Positions 24,789-37,670 of a stretch of DNA of 63,938 nt are shown here, one piece after another; position 1 is the first letter of the stretch; every line of letters starts with the position of its first letter. The position numbers and the translations under genes are program-made. The stretch lies in the NCBI GenBank assembly GCA_034780895.1, contig JAUZTB010000076.1, forward strand, positions 21,140,407-21,204,344. Reading direction: 5' to 3'. A model generated the notes under the pieces. It was not told the origin of the DNA and ran no database searches. It was given only the letters and a program-made list of their open reading frames with translations. Source of the stretch: Rhynchobatus australiae (lineage: Eukaryota).

Positions 24789-26689
24789 ATAAACTTTAGA
24801 GTTTAACCTGGGAGATACCGTCTTTGACTCATGTAGCTCATGTCTTGACATGAAATCTTTGTTGGAAAGCCCCAGTCTTCCTCAAGCCATCGGGAGAATG
24901 AACTTGTCAGGTAACCAGCCATTAGTATCATATTTCTTTTGGGATACCATTAAGGTAAGTTAGCACAATTCTGAGAACCAGAAAGAACGTTCAAACGCTC
25001 CCAAATCCTGAAGTGGAAGCAGTCACCTCAGCCAAAGGATTCCTACAGAAAGNNNNNNNNNNTTAAGAAATAGAAACCTTGCAAATGAGCAGCTGCTAAA
25101 GGTGAACCCACAAGAAAGCAATGCATAAACATTCACGTTAATGTGTCTACGTTAAGGGCATAAATATATAAGCATTTTAAACCTGATCCAAAATAGTTAT
25201 GCTAATGTTCCCTTATTGCAATGAGTCCCACCCATCTCTGTGATTTGACCACCTCTGACCTCAGGCATTGCTGGAATCAGTTGCAGGTGGGTGAGATTGC
25301 AGGCAGGCACCATTGCACTAATACAGTCCTATCATTTCTTACAACTTCAATGTTTATGGGCCCGCTTAGCCCTGAGAGGATAAACAGTGACTGTGTTGCT
25401 TTCAATCAAAATAACTGGAATAAGAGTAAGTAGGTTAAAAAAAACTGCATTGTAAAGCGAAATTAGCAACCAAATATAGTCCAAAGTTTACTCGCATACC
25501 TTTCTTTTAAAAATTAGGAATTAATAATGGTAAATGAAGCAAAAATACATTCCGCATCACTCACTGGCTCAGTGTTGAGTAACTTTTCTTCAAAATTAGC
25601 GTTGTCTCAAACTGCCTTTATGGCACTACAAATGTGCTCGAACTATTCATACCAATGATTTACACTGATCATTATATGAGACACAGCTAGAGCCGATGGT
25701 TAGCACTATGCGTTTATACATTCCTGTGATGCACATGTATTATTCTATGTTCTGTGTATAGTATATGTAACTGATGCTGTTGTGGTGCTTCTCTATGATA
25801 TAGATCACTGAAAACAAAGTTGCTGTTGAATGTAACATTGCCTGTGGATCACAGATGAATCACTGTTACTGGTTCCATTCTGTGGCCTTCTGTATTCAGT
25901 ACATTTCATTGCCCACATAGCCAACTTCATGAGTGACTGAAAGCCAACTCTTGCTTGCATTCCACTTGTGTTCATATTTAAATCTAATCTTTGTTTTTTG
26001 CTTCACTCCATTTATCACATTTGGTCTATCAAAATGAATGAATACCTCTGCCTCAAAATATTGTACATATTCATTCTTAAATCATCTCTCCCAAATGTAA
26101 GTCAACGTTCATTCATGCATCACCTCCAGGGTTCATTTGCCAATTCTATTGTCACTATTGTCACTGCCTCAACACAAACCCCACCCCACCCCTTCCCACC
26201 ACTCTTGATTTCAATATGAAATAAAATTCCATTCACAAGATTATCATTGGCATTTTATCCCTTTCTAAACCATTGTCATCTATTACATGCCCAATGATCT
26301 CGTAGATTTTCACTTGACCCACATTCCTCAATAAATATTTTTCACAATTGTCCACTTCCTCCACTTCCTCTTCTTATTATCCATTCCTGACAGTGTTCAT
26401 AGCTTCTCCACCAGTGGTCAATGTTGCATTTTCCCGTGCTCTATGCCCCCCAATTCTAGGGCAATGCTCTCAGCTATCCCTCAAATGTAGCATGAAATTT
26501 TCTTCCTAAATCTCTCTTGCTACCTCTCTTTCCCACAATGTAACTCTCCAAAGGTACCTTTTCCTTTTATTTTTGTCCTGTTGGATCAAAGCACTTTGAA
26601 AATGCCCTAAAATGTTTGAACCACTGAACAAAATGCTTCCAGCCTCTAAAATCTGCAACAGGTCTCAAGGACATCACAGGTGATCTTCT

Positions 26690-27560
26690 ATTCCAAATAA
26701 TTTTTCACACTATCACCATATCTCTCGAGCTTCTTTCCAACCCAAAAGTCTTTCAGACAGTTCATCGAATGCACTTAAAGACTGACCTCTATAATATTGC
26801 AGAGTAGAGTTTCTGGATGGGGATCTAAGGATTCACAATGTTTTGAGTGAATAAATGTCTTCTCACCTCAGTCCTGAATTACTGGTCCCTTATCCTAAGG
26901 TGAAGTCTGAGATCCAGACTCTTCAGAAAGCATAATTAATACAGTCAGTGTTGTTACCTCATGGCTCGAAGGAGCCTAGTTGGATCTAAATTTGGGTGTT
27001 GTCAATGTGGAGTTTGCATGTTCTCTCCATGACTGCATGAATTTCCATTGGGTACTGTAGTTTCCTCCCACATCCCAAAGATGTGCTGGTAGGTTAATTC
27101 ATTGCTGTAAGTTGCCCCTTAAAGCATGTTAATGGCAAAAAGCATCAAAGGGCAGTTTCTGGCAAATATGAGAGAGAATGAATTCCATAGATACAAGGAA
27201 GTAGGGAGAGTGTAAATAGTACCAATGGGATTGATCACTAGGGGGTTGACATGGATCCAATAAGCCAAGTGGCTTCCTCTTTTGTAATTAAAGATTAAGA
27301 TATTCCCAATATACTTTCATTAAAGCCCCTTTAAGAATTTTCTGTTTCACGGTCTCATCACTAGGAAACTCCTCAGAAAACTCCCCACTCCAATTGCAGG
27401 AATATAACTTTATGAATCCCCATGGCAAATCCGCTAGGGCAAGGATTTCCTTTCTTAGGTAGGTGATCAAAACAGTACAATGATCCAGGTGCCATATACA
27501 GTATAATTGCAGTAAGACCTCTTCATTCTTATGAGTCAACTGCTTGTGATGAAGGGTTAG
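26690..27560 (-). mobile_element. Decayed CR1 interrupted by a V-SINE
   Basis: gattcacaatgttttgagtgaataaatgtcttctcacctcagtcct resembles reverse-complement RTEVRR.FFTQ.VVN; resumes after ~27290 (aaaacagtacaatgatccaggtg, CVQFW region). Confidence 0.65.
26935..27288 (+). mobile_element. V-SINE, older copy
   Basis: tgtggagtttgcatgttctctccatgactgcatg..tttcc..gtttcctcccacatcccaaagatgtgctggtaggttaatt. Confidence 0.8.
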
Positions 27561-27589
27561 AGTTAGAATTACTCCTCCAATTTTTGATT

Positions 27590-27852
27590 GTGACTGAATT
27601 TAATCACTCAGCCATGCCATCAGCTATTAAGAAGCTCAGCCATGAAGTTTCCTCTCTCAACTACATCACCATCTTTCTTTACTCGTTTAAAATGTTCTTT
27701 AAAATTTACCGCTTCCACCAAGCTTTTGATCATTTGCCCAAGTACTGCCACAAAAGGCTCAATGCCAAATTTTATTTGATTAGTGTTTTAGTGAAGTACC
27801 TTGGGATGTTTCACCATGTCAAAGTGCAGTGTAAACACAATGATTTGTTGTT
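27590..27852 (+). mobile_element. L2-type 3' tail
   Basis: accaagcttttgatcatttgccc..gtgaagtaccttgggatgttt..atgtcaaagtgcagtgtaaacacaatgatttgttg, typical of fish L2 tails. Confidence 0.6.
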
Positions 27853-28671
27853 TGTACTGGATAGGTGTGTATAATTGATCCCATCTATTTTTATGGCTCT
27901 TCCTGCCACCCTGACATTTCAAACCTTCATCCACACCTGCCAAATTGCAGCTGTTGATGACATACAATGTGGTTCACTTACCCATGGAATTGTGAATAAC
28001 TAAGTCAAATGTGAATTGCTGACAATATGTTGAATTAACATATAGTTTCACTTACCATCAGAGTGTGCATTATGTAGGCAAATTGTTAACATTGCAGCCT
28101 ATTAACATACATTGTGTACTACTGCCACATTTGTCGTAAAATACAGGGTGGATTATTGACATTGTGTCACTACACTAACATGCAACAACAACAACGTAAG
28201 ATATGTTTGTATTTTGTCTCAAAAATTATTCTCCAAAGGTGCTTTGCAGGAGTGTTACCAAAAAGACATCATCAGGTAGGAAGCATTTAGGTTCTTTTTC
28301 TCTGTGATCTTCACTAACACCACTACTTACTAAAACCTTCTGATCCTCCAATTATAGCTTTTTAGTACATCCCTCCTCTTTTCCTCTCATTAACACAGAG
28401 CAACTTCTGCACTTATGACCCATGCTCTGGANNNNNNNNNNNNNNNNNNNNNNNNNNNNNNNNNNNNNNNNNNNNNNNNNNNNNNNNNNNNNNNNNNNNN
28501 NNNNNNNNNNNNNNNNNNNNNNNNNNNNNNNNNNNNNNNNNNNNNNNNNNNNNNNNNNNNNNNNNNNNNNNNNNNNNNNNNNNNNNNNNNNNNNNNNNNT
28601 TGTTGTTCACAAAACGGAATTATCTTAGTGTATTGTTATAGTGCTAATGTACAGTATAAAACACAACTTGA

Positions 28672-28795
28672 AAAATCAAGTATAGACGCTGGAAATTTGC
28701 AATAAAAATAGAAAATGCTGGAAGCATTCAGTAGATCAGACAGCATCTGTGGAAAGAAAAACAGTTAACATTTCAGGTTGAAGACCCTTCATTTA
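28672..28795. mobile_element. Penelope-like terminal fragment
   Basis: agacgctggaaat..aaaatgctggaagcattcagtagatcagacagcatctgtggaaagaaaaacagttaacatttcaggttgaagacccttca. Confidence 0.7.
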
Positions 28796-29034
28796 TTACT
28801 TTATTATTAACCAGTATTAATTACTGTTATTCTTATAATTCTAATGTATAGTGTAAACCACTGACACTGACACTCCTTATATATAATGGAAATCATTGAA
28901 ATTCAAATTACATTCATTATGAATCATCGGCATCCCCAGTCCTAAAATGCACTGTTTTAATGTAGTGTGAACCACTGATATCATTAATGGATGAATTTTT
29001 CTCTCAGTGGTAAATGAAAGTTACTAACTGTTGC

Positions 29035-29370
29035 TCCCTTGGGGAAAAGAATGACTTGTTTTCCATTCCGGTACTGTGGATTCTGAGGTGGCTGACGAGG
29101 CTAATGTGGGAACTGCAGTCTGATGAGACAGGAGGTGTTGACAGGGTGCACAGGCAGGTGACTTGTGAAGTGGTTGCTCTGTCCCACCTTTATATTGGTT
29201 TTCTATATGCTCCCAGTGCAAGTTCTTGAGATCCCAAGTGCCTTTTCTCCACTTTTTGAGTGGTCATGGGCCAGGAATTACCTCCTCAGGAATCAGTGGA
29301 ATATTCCTTTTTTAATAAGGCTTTAAGCATATCCTTGAATCTCTTCTTCTGTCCACCTGGTAATCTGTGG
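29035..29370 (-). mobile_element. RTE LINE 3' region
   Basis: Reverse complement gives DCSSHISLVSHLRIH and GGQKKRFKDMLKALLKK, both RTE ORF C-terminal motifs. Confidence 0.75.
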
Positions 29371-30574
29371 GATGTTGCGCTGAAACTCTCTATAATTAGA
29401 AAATCATTTTGGTACAGCATTTTCTCAGGGCTTCTGGGATCTGTGTGAACAGGTCAAGCTACTGCGCAACTCCATAACCAATTAGAGTGACGATTCATTA
29501 ATGGGGAGTGCAGAAATTGAGAACATGTCAGTTCTTTCAATGTCACTTCAGGTGCAGAAAAAAAATTAAATCAGTTGTAATGGATCTTCAGTATATAAAT
29601 AAAAGATATGTGTATGCAGTCTTGAGCATCTTTTCCCCAAATCATTTCTCATCAATGTTTCAAGCAAAAGCTTTGTTGCTAAATTTGGGGAAATTTAACT
29701 TTAATGGTGTAATTTTATTCTGAGTACATATATTAAATAAATATGTTTAAATATTTATACCTATATGAGAATGCATAAACATATTAAGGGACTCCAGCAC
29801 TCCATATGAGAAACACATTCAATCAATTAANNNNNNNNNNNNNNNNNNNNNNNNNNNNNNNNNNNNNNNNNNNNNNNNNNNNNNNNNNNNNNNNNNNNNN
29901 NNNNNNNNNNNNNNNNNNNNNNNNNNNNNNNNNNNNNNNNNNNNNNNNNNNNNNNNNNNNNNNNNNNNNNNNNNNNNNNNNNNNNNNNNNNNNNNNNNNN
30001 NNNNNNNNNNNNNNNNNNNNNNNNNNNNNNNNNNNNNNNNNNNNNNNNNNNNNNNNNNNNNNNNNNNNNNNNNNNNNNNNNNNNNNNNNNNNNNNNNNNN
30101 NNNNNNNNNNNNNNNNNNNNNNNNNNNNNNNNNNNNNNNNNNNNNNNNNNNNNNNNNNNNNNNNNNNNNNNNNNNNNNNNNNNNNNNNNNNNNNNNNNNN
30201 NNNNNNNNNNNNNNNNNNNNNNNNNNNNNNNNNNNNNNNNNNNNNNNNNNNNNNNNNNNNNNNNNNNNNNNNNNNNNNNNNNNNNNNNNNNNNNNNNNNN
30301 NNNNNNNNNNNNNNNNNNNNNNNNNNNNNNNNNNNNNNNNNNNNNNNNNNNNNNNNNNNNNNNNNNNNNNNNNNNNNNNNNNNNNNNNNNNNNNNNNNNN
30401 NNNNNNNNNNNNNNNNNNNNNNNNNNNNNNNNNNNNNNNNNNNNNNNNNNNNNNNNNNNNNNNNNNNNNNNNNNNNNNNNNNNNNNNNNNNNNNNNNNNN
30501 NNNNNNNNNNNNNNNNNNNNNNNNNNNNNNNNNNNNNNNNNNNNNNNCCTGCCAACTTTTCAAAAAACACTGCA

Positions 30575-31485
30575 TAAGTTACTACACATAAGCTGATGAC
30601 ACGCAAGTCTACAGCGACACCACCTCTCTCAAGTGCTCCACAATATCAGATTAGTCATGGTCTCTGCTTGACGTCCAATACTGGATTGAAAATGCTGAAG
30701 ACAGGAATGAATATCTTCACCCTCTGCCGGAAATTCCATTTTCTGTCCATAGATTCCATCTTTCCCTCTGAGCTGTAGTCTCAGGTTGAATCAGACGATT
30801 TGCAAATTCACTGACTTTTTTAGCCCCAAGCTAAGCTTCTATCTTTATATCCTCACTATCACCAAGACTGTCCATAAACACTTCCATTTTATTCCACTGT
30901 CTGGAAGGATCTGCTCTGGAACCTTTATTTATAGTTTTCTTACCTCCAGAAATAAACATCTCAAGTATACTCCTGATCAGCNNNNNNNNNNNNNNNNNNN
31001 NNNNNNNNNNNNNNNNNNNNNNNNNNNNNNNNNNNNNNNNNNNNNNNNNNNNNNNNNNNNNNNNNNNNNNNNNNNNNNNNNNNNNNNNNNNNNNNNNNNN
31101 NNNNNNNNNNNNNNNNNNNNNNNNNNNNNNNNNNNNNNNNNNNNNNNNNNNNNNNNNNNNNNNNNNNNNNNNNNNNNNNNNNNNNNNNNNNNNNNNNNNN
31201 NNNNNNNNNNNNNNNNNNNNNNNNNNNNNNNNNNNNNNNNNNNNNNNNNNNNNNNNNNNNNNNNNNNNNNNNNNNNCCAATGATGCCCAATTTGAAAACT
31301 TTCATCTTTAAAATCCATGTGTTCAATTCCCACCATAGCTTTGACAATCCCTCTCTCTATAAGCTCTTTCAGTCTAATATAAACCCAAACATTTTCTGTT
31401 TCTCCAGTGCTGACATCTTCACTATTTCCTTTGCCCATCATTGATGCATTGAACCATTTAGGTCTGAAGATCTGAAATTCCCTCT
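30575..31485 (+). mobile_element. L2 LINE RT-to-3' fragment (gap inside)
   Basis: gctgatgacacgcaagtctac = ADDTQVY (L2 YADDTQLY); atcaccaagact = ITKT; tttatttatagttttcttacctccaga resembles LIHAFVTSR. Confidence 0.75.
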
Positions 31486-31489
31486 AACT

Positions 31490-32930
31490 TAGTGATGGAA
31501 GAAAGGTCATTAATGAAACAACTGTAAATGGTTGAGCCTAGGACACTCCTGAGGAATTCCTGCAGTGATGTCATGAGATTTGGATAATTGACTCCCAATG
31601 ACCACAAATATCATCCTTTCTGCAAGGGATGCTTTCCATCCGTTAGAGTGTTTTCATCTTGATGCCATTTGACCTCAGTTTTACCAGAACTTCTTGATAC
31701 CACATTTATTTAAATGCCGCCTTGACATGAAGGTAGTCACTCTCACCAGACCTCTGGAATGCAGCTCTTTGTTCCATGTTTCAACAAGACTGTGAAAAAC
31801 TCTGGAGCAGAGTGGTCCCAGCAAAATCGTAGGCATCAATCAGCAGGTTATTAATGAGCAGGTACCACTTGCTAGCACTATCATTACCAATCTTCCATTA
31901 TCTCACTGATGATTGAGTGTAGACTGACTACATCGTAATCAGTCAGAAAGGATGTATCCTGCTTTTTGTGAACAGGCCAGTACTGTAACTGTACTGGAAC
32001 AGACTGGCAAGAGACATGGCAAGTTTTGGGTTTCAGATCTTCAGTACTACAGCCAGGATGTTGTCTGGTCCTATAGTCTTTGCTGCATCCTGTGCTCACA
32101 GCCATTTCTTGAATATAAAGTGAATTAACTTGGTGGAAGGCTGGCATTTCTGATGGTGAAGATCTCAGGAGGAAGCTAGATAGGTTATTCACTAACAGAA
32201 CATGGTTACAAATGTTTCAATCTTATCTTTACCATTCAAACGCTAGCCCCATCACTTGGAACCTCCTCCTGATATGCTACATATGGCTACAATGCACAGC
32301 TTGCTATGACAAGACTACAGAGCTTTGATCTGATCCCTTGGTTATGTAACTTTGTCTATTGCTACGTCAGAACTTCATCATGTTTGCAGTTCATTTTCAG
32401 GTTTACCTGGTGCTGCTCCCAGCACATCCTTCTGTATTCCTCTTGGAACCAGGGATGAACTCCAGTTTGTTAATAATAGAAGGTATGCTGGACCATTACA
32501 TTACAGATTGTGCTGGTGTACATTGCTGTTGCTCATGATCTACAGCACCTCATGGAGGCCCCAAATTTTGAGTGGTCTAAATTTTTCTGAATCTATCCCA
32601 TTTAGGACAAGTGTTGTGCCACACAACACAATGGAGGGTTTCCTCGGTGTGAAAACTAGACTGTCTCCACACATTTGTACAGTGGTCACTTTGACCACTG
32701 CTATCACAGACAGATGCAACAGGGAGACTGGTGAGGACAAAGTTGGGTAGGTTTATTATGTTGGTTCACTTATTATATGCCACAACCTACCTTGGCAACT
32801 GTGTCCTTCAGGATTCGATCAGTGGTGGTGCTACCAAGTTATTTTTAGTGGTTGACCCCAGCCACAATAGATTCTGTGCCCTTGCTACTTTTAGATCCCT
32901 TAACTCCATTTCACAGGACTCTTCCTGGTT
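31490..32930 (-). mobile_element. Older CR1/L2-group LINE, linker to RT region
   Basis: Reverse complement gives GIP(Q)G.VLG.TI.SCFINDL, L.VKAAF..MWYQ and SLHSIISEIME; homologous to 18660-19140 and 35900-36810. Confidence 0.8.
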
Positions 32931-32934
32931 CAAT

Positions 32935-34050
32935 CTTGCCACCACCCCAAAAATGACAGGCCACGTGGTCACTAAAGCAAAACATGGCCTCTGAAGCAGA
33001 TATCATCCCTGCTATACTTCTACAACTTGGAGGAGAACAACTTCTCCTGGAAGTTAGCAGCCTTATATTCCTCATCTGGAAAGAGAAGGACATGGCAGAA
33101 GATCACAGTAACATTGTAATTGTAACTATTTTCAAGAAAAGAAACAAATCCAATTGCAGTAACTATAGAGGGGTCTCCCTGCTGTCTGCCACAGGGAAAA
33201 TCATCGAAAGGGTCCTTCATTACCACCTCTTGCCAGTGGCCTGAGAGTTACTCCCTAACTCAAACTGTAGATTGTGTCCATCAATAGGTACCATGGACAC
33301 AATCTCCATCACATGATAACACCAGGTAAAATACAGGGAGCAGCATCAACTCTTATACAAGACCTTTTACAACATTATAAAACCTCACCTCTATCAACTA
33401 GGAGAGCCAGTGAAGAACTACTGTGAAAATCACTGCCCTCAGAAATTCATCTCCATTCAAGTAATGCTGCAAGTAAGTTTTTCATTGCACCTGTGCATAC
33501 ATGTACTTGTGTATATAACAATAGATTCGACTTTGACTTTTATACCTGCCACATAATACTAACAAATGGATCCATTATAGACCCAATCCCAGTGCAGACT
33601 GGGGTCAGGCGAAATTGTTTCTTTGCTCCAACCCTCTTCTTACCTTTCCTGCCAAAATATTGCACCTCATCTCCAACAAACCCCATGTCTGAATGAAACT
33701 AATTTGGAAGACAAATGGGAAACTGTTCAACCTATATCACCTCCACTCGAGAACCAAGAACAAAAGTCTGCAAAGTGTTCCTGGAAAACAAATATCATGT
33801 CCCACACCTTGGCAACACTTCTCAGCAAAGGCAGGCATCAATAACAAAATTCACTACCACCTTCAGTGCACAAGTACAGTCTTTGGTTGTCTCAGGAAAA
33901 GAATGTTTGAAACCAGCACCTGTAACTCAGTTCTAGGCTAAGTTTACATGCCAGCAGTGATCCCTGCTCCCCTGCACATTTCAGATACACAGACTGCCTC
34001 CAATAGGCACCTTAAAACACTGCAGAGGTATCACCGATACTATCTCAATG
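32935..34050 (+). mobile_element. RTE (BovB-like clade) LINE RT region, decayed
   Basis: ORF 32984-33244 ADIIPA.LLQLGGE..LIWKE..IVIVTIFKKRNKSNCSNYRGVSLLSATGKIIERVL; later DPIPVQTGVRR..FAPTLF and GKLFNL. Confidence 0.88.
33462..33540 (+). mobile_element. Short retroposon 3' tail nested in the RTE
   Basis: gcaagtaagtttttcattgcacctgtgcatacatgtacttgtg..acaatagattcgactttgacttt has a tandem (GACTTT) end and interrupts the RTE homology. Confidence 0.5.
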
Positions 34051-34329
34051 TTTATATTTACTCCAATTTTAAGTGCATCTAGAGCACCATACAAATTAAC
34101 TGGCACTTTTCTCTATATATGGATGGAGTACTGCTTTTAAACACCTGCAGTTAAATCGAGTACAACTGGATTAATACCTGTACATCAGTTAGCTTGGTAA
34201 CTATGCACATAATGAACTCAAGCTTGCAATGGTACCTAATTCTCCTGTTGCCTCATGCACCTTCAATAAAAATAGGTTTCAATATAATTATAGGGAATCT
34301 TATTTTACCCCAAACACCCTGAATTATTT

Positions 34330-34460
34330 CATTCTGGTTGACAGAGTGCCATATATGTCCATCTAATAAGAGACCTGATAGCATTGTGGTTTAATATCTC
34401 AACTGAAAGACAGCACCTCTGGCTGCTCAGCGTTCCCTTATATTGCACTAAAGTTTTCAA
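34330..34460 (-). mobile_element. Deu-domain SINE fragment
   Basis: ggtttaatatctcaactgaaagacagcacctct..cagcgttccct..tattgcact is the reverse complement of the Deu core. Confidence 0.6.
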
Positions 34461-35116
34461 ATGTGTTTTAAGCATATTGAATATATATAACAAATATTTT
34501 GAAACCATGTCTGTGGGAACAACCAAATTCAAGAGCAGGCTATGATGATAAAATTACACAACACAACTCAAGTGCTCACTGAAATTAGTAACAAATAACA
34601 GTATGACATTATGGACAGAGATCAAACTAAATGAGAAAATAACTGCAAAAGAGAACAAAAAAGCTGAATGAAAGAAGAAAATGTTAGAAACATAGAGCTC
34701 AACATACACAAAGTTCAATTCTTGAGGAATCACAGACATTTTGTTCTCTTTTAAAGGAGCAAAACAAGTCAACAACTTTTTTTCCCATGGATACCATTCT
34801 AATATTCTTTCAAAGTCACTTTTTTTTTCTTTTCCATACCAGGTCACACTGAGAGTCAGAGTATGCTTTGACAGGTTTCATTAAAGATTTCCAGTTTGAC
34901 ATGTGGAGACAGAACCGAATCACCTTTCACATCTGTCTGTCTCTATTCTTTAATACAGCTGGTTATCATCTTTTAAAATTAACTTTTTGCCATTGCTTTT
35001 TTGCCCTCATGGAAGTCATGTTAAAAAATATATTTCAACAATGAAAAAGACTTATTCTATTTAAGTTGAAAGGACTTTCTAAATAACTAATTAATATAAG
35101 TATATTGGGGAAGGGT

Positions 35117-35345
35117 AGAAGAAATAGAGGCAGGAGTGGGCCCTATGACCATACAAACCTGACCTGCCATGCAATATCATGGCTGCTTCTGGACCTTGTC
35201 CATTTTCCCATTCAAATCCATATGCCTTCTACCTATCAAACAACGCCTTCAGTGCAGTAAATAACTGATCATTTGAAGCTCTCCAGGGTATAGAATTCTA
35301 GAGATTTATGACCAGCTGCAGAAAGAAGACTTTCCTCAATACACA
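35117..35345 (-). mobile_element. CR1 3' end
   Basis: agaaatagaggcaggagtgggcc..cctgccatgcaatatcatggctg..ggtatagaattctagagatttatgacc..gaaagaagactttcctca. Confidence 0.6.
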
Positions 35346-35369
35346 GGGTAATGGCAGTATTTTATGTTT

Positions 35370-36810
35370 TTATTCCTCTGTCAGTCACTGGGTACCCACC
35401 AGCAGGACAGACCCACAAGGTGGCATGGTGTTAAACAAACAGGAGGGAGAAGTTACAAGAGTCCTCAACATTGATTTCAGAAGCGTCAAGGGCATTAAAA
35501 CCTCTTTCAGGTTATCACCTATCGGCCTCCCTCAGCTGATGAACTCCTTCATGTTTAACAACAGTTGGAAGGAATAATTAAAGTAACAAGGTTACTTGTA
35601 CTCTGGGTGGGGGAATTCAATATCCCTCACCAAGAATGGGTTGGTTGCACCACCAAAGACCAAGCTGGTCTGATCCTGAAAAATGTATCTGCCGGCTTTA
35701 GTGTGTGGCAGGTCATGAGCAAAACAGCTTGAGCAATAAACCAACTTGACCTCATCCATTTTCAATCTACCTATGGCAGATGCATCTGTCCATGATAGCT
35801 TTGATAGATGTGTGGACATGATGCATGTTTTTCCAGGGACTCTTTGTAGAATGAATAGTCCCTGTGGAGACAGAAATCCATCTTCACATTGTGTATTGTG
35901 GCACTACATTTATTCTAAATGTGATAGATTCAAAAGAAATCTGACAGCCCAGTAATGGCCATTGCTGAGACACTGTGGACTATCAGCAGCACCAAAAAAT
36001 GTACACCATCAAAAACTAGCATCGTGGCCCGACATATCAAACCAGGAGATCAACAGAGGTTCAATGGGAAATACATGAAGGCATGCTGGGAGCAGAACCA
36101 CACTAACCTAAAAATGAGGTGCTAACCTAGTGAAGATGTAACGCAGGACCACATGCATGCTAAACATCAAAAGCACAGAGGTAAACAACCTCATAAACAA
36201 CCATGTAAAGGTTTGAACTGTTTTATTATTATATATAGTTTATTTTATTATGAATAAAGTTTATTTTGTTAAAAAAAACAATCAGACTAAGGTTCTGCAG
36301 TCAAGCCACATCCAGTCAATGAAAGGGGTGGACAATTAAATATCAACAGGAGGGAAAGGATCCAAGAACATCCCCATCAACATTGATGGCTGAACTCAAT
36401 GCAGGGCTTGTAAGGACAAGGTTTAAGCATTTGCAATCATGATTAGCTGGACGTGCCTAGTGGATGATACAACTCAACTTCCACTTGTGATCCCAACCTT
36501 CACAGAAGTTATCTTGATCCAACTCTATTCACTCCACGTTATATCAGGTAACAGGTGAATGTACTAGATATAGTAAATGGTATAAGATAAGAAAATATCC
36601 CAGCTGTAGCACTGAAGATCTGCACTCCAAAACCAGCTGTGTTTCTGGCCAAGTTGGTCTGGCCAGTATTAATACAATACTTGCAAATACCTGACAATGT
36701 GGAACACTGCCCAGCTCTATCCTGCTCACTGAAAGAGGATCAAATTCATTCCAACTAACTACCACCTAATCAGTCTACTCTCAATTGTCAACAAAGTGAT
36801 GGAATGATCA
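35370..36810 (+). mobile_element. Older CR1/L2-group LINE, APE endonuclease to RT start
   Basis: HQQDRPT.GG, YRPPSADE and LWVGEFNIPHQEWVGCTTKDQAG (GDFN box), through taccacctaatcagtctactctca = YHLISLLS (NYRPISLL). Confidence 0.82.
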
Positions 36811-37234
36811 TCTCCAACAAGAAAGAGTCTAACCACCTTCCCCATGTGGGCCAGGTGATTTATCCCACTTTGTTGCATGTCGTCTTTCTAGTACCTTCAC
36901 TTTATCAATATTTACCCCATCCTGAATATCAACTACAGTCTCCTTTATTCCCGCGCACATGGCTGACCTATTAAGTAAGCACTTAGTACATCACCCATGG
37001 CCTCTGCCTCCTTGAATGGATTTCATTTGTTTTTTTGGACAGCCAACCTTTCCTATTATAATCCTTTTCCTGTTCATAGGGAAATGCCAGAATCCATAAT
37101 TATAGAAGTGATAACAGCACTTTAAAATGCATAACACATTTAAGAAGAGTAAACATGGCTTTGTGAAAGAAACTTCATGTTTTGTGAAAGGAAAACATCT
37201 AAAATCAATTAGAATTCTTAACAAGAAATGTAAT

Positions 37235-37670
37235 TAATGAGGAGCAAATAGATGTAGTGTCATTAGATTCCCAAAAGGCATCCCATAAGGTGCTATAAAG
37301 ATATTTAGGGTTGAGAATAATTTAAGAGCCTGATTCAAAGTTTAGTAAACAGACAGGTTAAGTGCTGGTGGGGGAATCTGGAACTGGAGGCAGACTCTCT
37401 GGCTAAGGAGTTGGCATTCAATTACAAAGATGAGGTGGAATTTCATCTCCAAGAAGGTTGTGAATTTTCAACCCTGGAGAGCTGTTGACACTGAGTCATT
37501 AAGTTATCAAACATATTCAGGACTGAAACTGATAGATTTTTGGATTACAGAGAACTCCAGAGTTACCAGAACTGGAAGGCCAAGAATCAAATCAACCATT
37601 ACCTTATTAAATAGAGCAGACTTGCAGGCCCAAATGAACCACAGGTGCTCTCGTTTCTTGAGTTCTTGTG
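37235..37670 (+). mobile_element. Internally deleted CR1
   Basis: gatgtagtgtcattagattcccaaaaggca = DVVSLDSQKA (DVVYLDFQKAFD), then MRWNFISKKVVN and a 3' UTR. Confidence 0.7.

Noticed and set aside
29806-30606. Long ORFs made of X (also at 9.6, 20.6, 28.4, 31.0, 56.7 and 62.7 kb)
   Set aside because: Artefacts of translating N gaps. Runs of exactly 100 N (e.g. 2841-2940) are probably gaps of unknown size, so distances across them are unreliable.
35413-35425. CCACAAGGTGGCA CTCF-like motif
   Set aside because: It lies within LINE endonuclease coding remnant, with no independent support for function.
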